NCBI GenBank assembly: GCA_965223845.1
Contig: CBDCXR010000004.1
Location: forward strand, 4,736,001 to 4,800,000
Source of the DNA: Planctomycetota bacterium
Lineage (GTDB): Bacteria > Planctomycetota > UBA8108 > SXIK01
Length of the DNA stretch: 64,000 bases
Reading direction: 5' to 3'
Part shown: piece by piece, positions 56,421 to 64,000 of the stretch
How the letters are laid out: every line of letters starts with the position of its first letter
Numbering within the stretch: the first letter of the stretch is position 1
Made by a program: the position numbers and the translations under genes
Notes under the pieces: model-generated
What the model was told of the DNA's origin: nothing
The model's database searches: none
What the model saw: only the letters and a program-made list of their open reading frames with translations

Positions 56421-57971
56421 GTGAAAACACTCACGCGGATCTTTTCCATCCGCGGGCGAGCCTACGTAGTCGCCGCGGCGGTCATCGCACTTCTCGTGCA
56501 CGTCGGAAACATGGCTGAGGAGCTGCTGCTCACGCTCGCCCAGGACGCGGAACAACTTTCCGACGGCACGCGACGCTACATCGATCTCTCCCGCAGCGTA
56601 GACAATACGGGGACGATCGTCCGCGACATCGGTCTGGCCGTCGCCGACGGCGACGTCAGCGTCTCGACGCGTTACGACACGAGGTACCGAGACCTCCTGC
56701 GAGAGATCGAAGAGAAGCTCGCGAACGACGCCTCGGCGGACGATGTCCTCGAGCTCGTCCGCGACGCGCACGCCGCTGCGATGGCGGTCTTCGACGCGCT
56801 TCGAACGGGAGACAAGCAGGGTGCGACGGAAAAACTGACCGTCGCGAGCGAGCGTTACGGCGACGTGAGCACGGCCCTCCGCGAACGAGGTCTCGCGACT
56901 AGCGACGAGCTCGAACGGATCCTCTCGGTGATGGGAGAGAAGACCTCGGCACCGATCTCGGCTCTTCACACCCGCATCTTGATCGTGTGCGGGCTCGTCG
57001 TCCTGCTCGGCTTCGTGATCGTTCGCAGCATCGCTCCGCTCACGAAGATGGTTCCCGTTCTCGAACGCATCGCCGACGGCGATCTCACTCAGCGCTTCGC
57101 GGTTCGCACGGAAGACGAAGTCGGCCGCATCGGCCGCGCCCTCAACCACACGCTCGACGGTATCAGCGAAATCGTGCGGAACATCCGCGCTTCGACTCTC
57201 CTGATCACCGAATCGTCGGACACGATGTCCAGGCTGAGCCGCAGCATGACCCACACCGCCGAATCGACCTCGAATCGGGCGCAGTCGGCGTCGCGATTCT
57301 CCGAGGAAATCGACGCGACCATGCAGCAGACCGCCGCGAGCGTCGACCAGCTCCGCCGGAGCATCGAAGAGATCTCCCGCAGCTCGAAGGAAGCCGTCGA
57401 CGTTTCTCGAAGCGCCGTGACCCTCGTGAACTCCGCGACCGGAAACGTCGATCGACTCAACGAAATCACCGATCAGATCGAAGAAGTCACCGAGACGATC
57501 AGCCGCATCGCGAAGCAAACGAAAATGCTCGCCCTGAATGCGACCATCGAGGCGGCTCGCGCCGGCGAAGCCGGGAGCGGCTTCGCCGTCGTCGCGAACG
57601 AGGTGAAGGACCTCGCCTCTCAGACCACGCGATCCGCCGGCGAGATTCACGAGAACGTCACGCGATTCCAGAGCGACATCACCACCGTCGCCGAGGCGAT
57701 CCAGGAAATCGCGAGCATCGTCGGGAACATCGGCCAGACCGAGCTCTCGATCGCGTCCTCCGTCGACGAGCAGCGCGCGGCGAGTCAGCAGATCACGCGC
57801 GCCATCGCGAACGTCGCGTCGGGCTGTTCGGAGATCAACACCACACTCACGACCGTCTCGAGCTCGACCGAAGACTCGAGATCGAGCTCCCGATCGGTCA
57901 TGGAATCTTCCGAAAACCTAGCCACGGCGGCCGACCAGTTGAACGCACTGGTCGGTCAATTCCGCTGCTGA
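56421..57971 (+). CDS. Methyl-accepting chemotaxis protein
   Basis: Two TM helices flanking a ~150-aa sensor, HAMP (IADGDLT...DEVGRI), signalling hairpin [34 protein letters not shown]. Confidence 0.92.
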   Translation: MKTLTRIFSIRGRAYVVAAAVIALLVHVGNMAEELLLTLAQDAEQLSDGTRRYIDLSRSVDNTGTIVRDIGLAVADGDVSVSTRYDTRYRDLLREIEEKLANDASADDVLELVRDAHAAAMAVFDALRTGDKQGATEKLTVASERYGDVSTALRERGLATSDELERILSVMGEKTSAPISALHTRILIVCGLVVLLGFVIVRSIAPLTKMVPVLERIADGDLTQRFAVRTEDEVGRIGRALNHTLDGISEIVRNIRASTLLITESSDTMSRLSRSMTHTAESTSNRAQSASRFSEEIDATMQQTAASVDQLRRSIEEISRSSKEAVDVSRSAVTLVNSATGNVDRLNEITDQIEEVTETISRIAKQTKMLALNATIEAARAGEAGSGFAVVANEVKDLASQTTRSAGEIHENVTRFQSDITTVAEAIQEIASIVGNIGQTELSIASSVDEQRAASQQITRAIANVASGCSEINTTLTTVSSSTEDSRSSSRSVMESSENLATAADQLNALVGQFRC

Positions 57972-58093
57972 TCGCGGGCCTCGCGAGCAGTTCGAATCCG
58001 CCTCGAGAGAAATCCCGGAGGCGAATCCCGCTCCCGACGACGAGGAACGCGAAGGTTCGTCTTTCCTCTTCGCGTACCGATCCGACGATCGGC

Positions 58094-60004
58094 TCACAAG
58101 GATCGCAAGAACGCGATCAAGTCGTCGAGCTCGCCATCCGTGAGCTCGTGCGCCTTTCCGTGCCGCTCTTCGCGGTTGTGCTCGCGAAACACGCTGCGAA
58201 GAGACGACGCCCGGCCGTCGTGAAGGTAGCGGTGGCGGTCGCGCACGCCGAGGAGTGACGGTGGATTGAAGCGGCGGCGTCCCGTGTCGAGATCGACGAC
58301 GCCGACGTCCTCGAGCGACGATGAAGTGTACTGACCCGGCGCGTGGCAGCTCGCGCACCCGCTCCGCTCGAAGAGACGCCGACCTCGTTCGACATCTCCT
58401 CCGAGATTCTCTTCGGGAACTCGCGCGAGAGGGCGCTCGAGCATCGAAAGGAATCGGACGACCTGCGCAACGTCCTCCGCCGGCGCGGGATCGTCGACCG
58501 CCATCGTCTGGTGGAGCGAGGCGGCGACCTGCTCGCCGAGCCGCTCGAAAGATCCGTTCCACGCCCACGGCCCCGTCGCCACGACCCCGGCGCGCAGATC
58601 GGGCGCCCGCTTCGCAAAGCCATCTCCGTCGGCGCTCGTATCGAAGCTGTGCCCGCGGCTCCCGCCGTCCGGATGGCAACTGTGACAGCTGTACCAGCCG
58701 CCGCGACTCCGGCGTGAGCTGTAGAAAATCGACGCTCCGACCCGCTCGGCGCGAGCGACGTCGGTCAACTCGGCGAGTCGAAATCGCCGCTTGGTGGACA
58801 TCGACTTTAGGTCGATCTCGCGCACCTCATCGTCGAGCCAGCACGCGACGTACGCCGTCCGGCCGTCGTTCGTGAGCGCGAATGCGACCGGACGCCGGCC
58901 GGGACGCGTCTCGCGGAGTGGTGCATCGCGATCGAGGGGCGACGCGTAGGCGTCGAAGGCCCGCGGCTCGACGTCGACGAGGAGAACTCGATCGGTTCCC
59001 GCCGACGCGACGAGCGCGCGCGTCTTCGCCGACCGGTCCGGCGGAAGGAGAACGAGATCCGCGGGATCGCCCGCCGCGCGATGGCGGAAGTCGAGCGAGG
59101 TCACTTCTTCGACGTCCGGCGGTCCCGCCGGATCGATCACGGTGATTCGATTGATGATGATGAGCCCCCAGACGATCGTTTGCGGCGAGATCGCCATGTC
59201 CGTCGAGCGCACCTGGTGCGCGAGGAAGACCTTCCCCTTCGCCGTCGCAAGGCCGTCGAGATTGAACGCGCGGCCGTCTGCCGGAATTCGGGTCCAGAGC
59301 TCCTCGCCGCCCGCGAGGTCGTAGCCCGCGATGCGATCGCGACCGGCGACGACGAGCGCGTCGCCGGTGCCGCCGCGTCCTTCGAGAACGGCGAGTCGTC
59401 GCGGACCGTCGATGGTCGAGACGACGCCGTCGATTCGGACGGACCGTTGGCTCGGCGGCGACGCCCCGGGCGATCCGATATCGAGGACCCAAACGCCCGC
59501 ACCGGTTTCGCACGCAACGAAGAGCCGCTCTCTCTCGTCCGAGTAGAGGAGATCGACGGGAAGCCGCCCGACGCGAGCTCGATCCCGCAGAACGAGCCGC
59601 AAGTTTCCGGTATCTCCGGAGACGACATCGACGAGCACGACCTCGTGCGTAAAGGTGCAGGCGATCGCGAGCGTGTCGATTCCGTGAGGTCCGCCGACGC
59701 CCGAGATCGCCTGCGGTCGCGTGCGCCCACCGAGCGAGATCTCCGCGTCGACCTCGCCGGTCTCGAGTCGAACGGCGCTCAGCGTGCCGCTCTGCTCGTT
59801 CAAGACGAAGAGGAGACCCGCGGCTTCATCGAGCCAGAGCGCCCGGGGATGGCGCGCCGCAGTGGGAGCCACCGCGGAATCGTCCGCGCGTCCGCGCAGC
59901 GCCTCGGCCTCGGCCTCGGCGGCCGGAGTCGGCTCGGCGCACAGGAGGCCCGCGAACACGCACGCAAGCAGCGCCGTTCCGCACGTCCACATGCGCAAAG
60001 CCAT
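58094..60004 (-). CDS. Secreted YVTN/YncE-like beta-propeller + dihaem cytochrome c (CcP/MauG-like)
   Basis: Signal-like N-terminus, propeller repeats, SCHSCH and GCASCH heme motifs, TGPWAWNG, PSLLGV...YLHDG; start uncertain (59992-60145). Confidence 0.8.
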   Translation of the reverse strand: MALRMWTCGTALLACVFAGLLCAEPTPAAEAEAEALRGRADDSAVAPTAARHPRALWLDEAAGLLFVLNEQSGTLSAVRLETGEVDAEISLGGRTRPQAISGVGGPHGIDTLAIACTFTHEVVLVDVVSGDTGNLRLVLRDRARVGRLPVDLLYSDERERLFVACETGAGVWVLDIGSPGASPPSQRSVRIDGVVSTIDGPRRLAVLEGRGGTGDALVVAGRDRIAGYDLAGGEELWTRIPADGRAFNLDGLATAKGKVFLAHQVRSTDMAISPQTIVWGLIIINRITVIDPAGPPDVEEVTSLDFRHRAAGDPADLVLLPPDRSAKTRALVASAGTDRVLLVDVEPRAFDAYASPLDRDAPLRETRPGRRPVAFALTNDGRTAYVACWLDDEVREIDLKSMSTKRRFRLAELTDVARAERVGASIFYSSRRSRGGWYSCHSCHPDGGSRGHSFDTSADGDGFAKRAPDLRAGVVATGPWAWNGSFERLGEQVAASLHQTMAVDDPAPAEDVAQVVRFLSMLERPLARVPEENLGGDVERGRRLFERSGCASCHAPGQYTSSSLEDVGVVDLDTGRRRFNPPSLLGVRDRHRYLHDGRASSLRSVFREHNREERHGKAHELTDGELDDLIAFLRSL

Positions 60005-60426
60005 CGCTCGGCGCGTCCGGCCGTAGAACCATCGAGGCATCGGTGGGTCGATCTCCGAAGAGAGGTCTTCCGCCGGCGCGGCGCCGACGATCGATGCCAT
60101 CGTAGCGGACTTTTCCGCTGAGGAGAATGCGGCGCGTTCGACCACGCTCCTAGATCCTCCGCGGCGAGCCGAGAGCCCCGGTCGATCGAACCCCGGCGGA
60201 CGAGGAATCGACAGGTGTGACGCGAGAACGTCCGATACACTGAGCGCAGGGCGGTATCGGCGGCCGGCGCGTTCTCAGGCGGGTTGGTTGTCGAGATTCT
60301 TCGCCCCTGGAGTCTTTCCGGGGACGTCGACACTCCCACACTTCGAGAGAACGTCGAGTGTTCGGCCGGTCGCACGCTGAGGCACGGCCAAGTTCAAGCT
60401 TATGATTCGTTCCGGAAAGGAAGCGC

Positions 60427-61920
60427 ATGAAGCGTGAGTTCATCCTGTGCGCAGGCACCCTCGTCTTGCTCGTGATCGCATCGCCGGGCCACTCGAACGC
60501 CACCGTCGAGCCCCCCGCAGAGACCACTCCCGCGTCGGCGTCCGAAAACGCGAAATCCGCCCGCGCGGAAGCTGGGCCCTTCCGCATCGACGTCGAGTTG
60601 AGCGGCGTGTTCGAAGCCGAGGTGCAACATGAAGTCGCCGTCACGACCGAGGAGTGGGCAACACTGAAGGTCGTCGAAGCGGTGTCCCACGGGCGGCGCG
60701 TCCGCGAAGGCGAAGTCCTGATCCGATTCGAGACGGACAAGCTCGATGAGGCGATCGAGGCGCTCGCAGATTCCGTCGAGACGATGCGCATCGATGTCGA
60801 GCTCGCCGAGATCGCCGCCCGCGCGGCGGCCGCGGCTCTCGAGACCGGCGAAAAAGGAGCCCAGGAAGCGCAGGAGCACGCCGCCGAGGACCTCAAGTAC
60901 TTCCGCCGGGTGGGACGCCCTCTCGCCGAGAAGAGCGCCGAATTTTCGCTCCGGAGCTCGCAGAACTTTCTCGACTACGCGAAGGAAGAGCTCGAGCAAC
61001 TCGAGAGAATGTACAAAGAGGACGAGATCACGGAGGAGACCGAAGAGATCATTCTTCGCCGTCAACGAGACGCGGTCGAGCGCGCGCTCTTCAGCCTCGA
61101 ACGATCCCGGATCGATCGCGATTACGAGCTCAAAGTGTCCACACCTCGGCGCGAACGCGCGCTCGAGCGGAGCGCCGACGATCTCGCTCGCACGTGGCAG
61201 AAAACGAAACGTTCGCTCCCGCTCGAGCTCGACAAGGCGAAGCTCACGCTGCGTCGGACGCAGCTCGATCTCAAGAAAACGGAGAAGAAGCTCGCGCGGC
61301 TCCGCGAGGATCGCGAGCGCCTCGTCGTTCGCTCCCCGGCCGCCGGAATCGTCTACTACGGACGCGCGGTCCGCGGCGTTTGGTCGGGATCGACCCCGAT
61401 CGCGGCGAAGTTGCGGAAGGGTGGCTCGGTTCTAAAGGGCGAGACGCTGCTGACCGTGGTCGAGCCGGCGGCGCTGCGTATCCGATCGTCCGTCCCGGAG
61501 AAGGATCTCGCCCACGTGCGAAAGGGCCTCAAGGGCCGAGCCGTTCCCGCGAGCGATCCTCTACGCGCGCTCCCCGTACGCGTAGACTCCGTCTCCGCGA
61601 TCCCGATCGGTGCCGGCACGTTCGACGCGACGATCGAGATTCTGGATGCGGAACGGCGGAAGGCGCGCGCGAACGTCGTCGCGGGAATGCGCTGCCAACT
61701 CGCGTTCACCGGCTACTGGCAACCGAGCGCCGTGACGATTCCGGCGGCGGCGGTTCAGAGCGATCCCGCCACGGGCGATGCTTATGTCTACAAGAAAGGC
61801 GCGGAGGGTGGCGCGGAGAAGACGTCGATCGAACGCGGCTACACCTCGGGCGATCGCGTCGAGATTCGGCGGGGGCTCAAGGCCGGCGACGAAGTCCTTC
61901 TCGAGGCCCCGAAGGAATGA
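60427..61920 (+). CDS. HlyD-like periplasmic adaptor with long coiled coil
   Basis: Signal peptide, HGRRVREGEVLIRF and VRSPAAGIVYY lipoyl halves, long coiled coil, VEIRRGLKAGDEV. Confidence 0.75.
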   Translation: MKREFILCAGTLVLLVIASPGHSNATVEPPAETTPASASENAKSARAEAGPFRIDVELSGVFEAEVQHEVAVTTEEWATLKVVEAVSHGRRVREGEVLIRFETDKLDEAIEALADSVETMRIDVELAEIAARAAAAALETGEKGAQEAQEHAAEDLKYFRRVGRPLAEKSAEFSLRSSQNFLDYAKEELEQLERMYKEDEITEETEEIILRRQRDAVERALFSLERSRIDRDYELKVSTPRRERALERSADDLARTWQKTKRSLPLELDKAKLTLRRTQLDLKKTEKKLARLREDRERLVVRSPAAGIVYYGRAVRGVWSGSTPIAAKLRKGGSVLKGETLLTVVEPAALRIRSSVPEKDLAHVRKGLKGRAVPASDPLRALPVRVDSVSAIPIGAGTFDATIEILDAERRKARANVVAGMRCQLAFTGYWQPSAVTIPAAAVQSDPATGDAYVYKKGAEGGAEKTSIERGYTSGDRVEIRRGLKAGDEVLLEAPKE

Positions 61921-63146
61921 TCCGGACGCAGACCCGATCGAAGCGATCGGCGCCGGCCGAGTTCTCGCTCGCGGTTCGCCGGGTGAGCGTCGGACTCGCC
62001 ATGTTCATCGGAGCCCAGGCAGCGCTCGCGGGAGACCTCGATCTCGCCTCTCCGAAGCCTCGCCCCGTCGACGCGCCGAGCGGCGACGAGATCCGCGCGG
62101 CCATCGAGCTCGGACGATCGTTTCTCTTGGAACGCCAGAACCCGGACGGCTCCTGGGGATCGGCCCGGCGGACGAAGGGTCTCAACATCTACGCGCCCGC
62201 TCCGGGTGCGCACCAAGCATTCCGGGCGGCGGTTACATCGCTCGCCGTCTCGGCGCTCGTCGAAACCGGCGCTGACGACCCTCGAGTCCGAAGCGCCCTC
62301 GAGCGCGCCGAACGCTATCTGCTCACGAAGCTGCCGCGCGTTCGCCGCGCTACGCCCGATGCGATCTACAACGTCTGGACGCACGCGTATTCGCTCTCCG
62401 CAATCGCGAAGCTCTTCGCTCTCCGCGACGGCGACAGCTCGCGGCAGGAAAAGCTCCGCGAGCTCGCCGAATCCCAAGTCGAGCTGCTCGAGCGCTACGA
62501 GAGCGTCGACGGCGGCTGGGGGTACTACGATTTTCGCGTCGGTACGCGGAAGCCGTCGTCGAGCTCGATCGGGTTTACCTCGGCGACCGTCCTCGTCGCG
62601 TTCAAGGAAATCGGGACGGCGGCGAAGGTCGAAGCGCCGGCGCGACTCGTTCAGCGGGCGGTCGACTCGATCCTCCGCCAGAGAAAATCGGACTTCAGCT
62701 ACGTCTACGGCGAGTACCTGAAACTGCGTCCGATGCGGGGAATCAACCGCCGGGCCGGGAGCCTCGGGCGATCGCAGGCCTGCAACTTCGCGCTTCGTCT
62801 CTGGGGCGACGAAACCGTGACCGACGCCGTCATCGAAGAGTGGCTCGATCGACTGTTCGCGCGCAACCTCTGGCTCGATATCGGGCGCAAGCGACCGATC
62901 CCCCACGAATCGTGGTTCCAGGTTGCGGGATACTTCTATTACTACGGTCACTACTACGCGGCGCTCGGGCTCGAGCTCCTGCCGGCCGATCGCCGCGCGC
63001 GGCACCAGACGCAGCTCGCGCGGATCCTCATCGACCGCCAGGAGAAGGACGGCTCGTGGTGGGATTTTCCCTTCTACGACTACCACCAGCCGTACGGCAC
63101 TGCGTTCGCTCTCATGTCGCTCGAGCGCTGCCGCGCTGATCGCTGA
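61917..63146 (+). CDS. Prenyltransferase/squalene-oxidase (alpha-alpha toroid) repeat protein
   Basis: FLLERQNPDGSW, DGGWGY, YFYYYGHYY, RQEKDGSWWD, YGTAFAL; ATGA overlap with the upstream gene. Confidence 0.8.
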   Translation: MIRTQTRSKRSAPAEFSLAVRRVSVGLAMFIGAQAALAGDLDLASPKPRPVDAPSGDEIRAAIELGRSFLLERQNPDGSWGSARRTKGLNIYAPAPGAHQAFRAAVTSLAVSALVETGADDPRVRSALERAERYLLTKLPRVRRATPDAIYNVWTHAYSLSAIAKLFALRDGDSSRQEKLRELAESQVELLERYESVDGGWGYYDFRVGTRKPSSSSIGFTSATVLVAFKEIGTAAKVEAPARLVQRAVDSILRQRKSDFSYVYGEYLKLRPMRGINRRAGSLGRSQACNFALRLWGDETVTDAVIEEWLDRLFARNLWLDIGRKRPIPHESWFQVAGYFYYYGHYYAALGLELLPADRRARHQTQLARILIDRQEKDGSWWDFPFYDYHQPYGTAFALMSLERCRADR

Positions 63147-63232
63147 AGCGAACGGCGTGGCTCACGCGCGTCCGTTCGAGTAAGCTTCGCCTGAGTGGCG
63201 GCATTTCCTTTCGACGCGAGCGCGTTTTTCGC

Positions 63233-64000
63233 ATGACCGATTCTCCATCCGGCGACCGATCCTCGTCGCGCCCTCAGCTCGTCCGACGACCGCGGCGGAA
63301 TCGATCCTCACGGGCGATCCGCGCCCTCGTCCGCGAGACGGAGCTTTCTCCTTCGGACTTCGTCTTGCCGCTCTTCGTGATCGACGGGCAGAAGCGCGTG
63401 GAGCCGGTCGCTTCCATGCCGGGTGTGTCTCGCCTCTCGACGGACGGAATCGTCGCCGTCGCGCGCGAAGCGCAGTCCCTCGGGATTCCGGCGGTCGCCC
63501 TGTTTCCGGCGCTCCCCGATTTTTTGAAGGACAAGCACGCGACGGAGTCGACGAACACCGACGGTCTCCTCCAACGAACGGTCCGTGCACTCAAGGACGC
63601 AGTTCCCGAGATTCTCGTCGTCACCGACGTCGCGATGGATCCCTATTCGAGCGACGGACACGATGGCCTCGTCGAGGACGGTGAAATCCTCAATGACGAA
63701 ACGCTCGAAATCCTCGCGGCGATGGCGGTCTCCCAGGCCGACGCCGGCGCCGACTTGGTGGCGCCGTCCGACATGATGGACGGACGTGTGGGGTATCTGC
63801 GCGACGCGCTCGACGCGGCTGGTCACGAGCGGACGGGCATCCTAGCCTACTCCGCGAAGTACGCCTCGGGGTTCTACGGACCGTTTCGCGATGCGCTCGA
63901 TTCCGCGCCGAAGGAAGGCGACAAGAAAACGTATCAAATGGATCCCGCGAACCGCCGCGAAGCGCTCCTCGAAGTCGCTCTCGACATCGAGGAAGGAGCG
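63233..64000 (+). CDS. hemB: Porphobilinogen synthase (ALA dehydratase), 3'-truncated by window edge
   Basis: Read directly from the DNA: RRPRRNR, LVRET, SMPGV, TDVAMDPYSSDGHDG, APSDMMDGR, SAKYASGFYGPFRDA, YQMDPAN. Confidence 0.95.
   Translation, partial: MTDSPSGDRSSSRPQLVRRPRRNRSSRAIRALVRETELSPSDFVLPLFVIDGQKRVEPVASMPGVSRLSTDGIVAVAREAQSLGIPAVALFPALPDFLKDKHATESTNTDGLLQRTVRALKDAVPEILVVTDVAMDPYSSDGHDGLVEDGEILNDETLEILAAMAVSQADAGADLVAPSDMMDGRVGYLRDALDAAGHERTGILAYSAKYASGFYGPFRDALDSAPKEGDKKTYQMDPANRREALLEVALDIEEGA

Noticed and set aside
1-64000. rRNA, tRNA, CRISPR arrays, IS elements
   Set aside because: None recognised by eye in the intergenic regions; short RNAs could be missed without covariance-model searches.

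Overview
High-GC (~68-70% by eye) bacterial chromosome segment, very probably Planctomycetota (DUF1501 protein, sulfatase, many planctomycete-type 'F-x-RGD-x-N-x-D' dockerin modules, 'IRE'-family protein). In order: the end of an ABC-permease/IRE-family pair, a lipoprotein Cu/Zn SOD and a minus-strand metal-uptake operon (DUF2946-like CxxC/RGPP leader ORF, outer-membrane protein, ZnuA/C/B-like ABC system, ZIP-DUF318 fusion permease). Next come a Tat-exported TIM-barrel isomerase, a sulfatase, an ArsC-family UxxC selenoprotein missed by the ORF track, a carbamoyltransferase + stand-alone NRPS pair, a DUF1501 protein, and pstSCAB1B2-phoU with Pho-box-like repeats. Then an amidohydrolase, a 1587-aa Ser/Thr kinase-ATPase-TPR-sigma54 activator, two paralogous alternating dockerin/cohesin-like proteins, housekeeping genes (adk-like, DMT, hemW, lepA, hemB), a small lower-GC LuxR/dockerin/TPR insert, a CotH-kinase dockerin protein, an Ig-repeat cohesin-dockerin protein, an MCP, a beta-propeller dihaem cytochrome c, a HlyD-like adaptor and a prenyltransferase-repeat protein. 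No rRNA, tRNA, CRISPR or IS element was recognised. Best leads: (1) a putative sigma54 regulon of secreted cohesin/dockerin proteins next to a kinase-fused enhancer-binding protein; (2) the UGA/SECIS selenoprotein; (3) a PstB pair with complementary degenerate ATP sites; (4) a CruR-like ribosome-stalling leader on the metal-uptake operon. All family assignments come from motif recognition by eye, not database searches.
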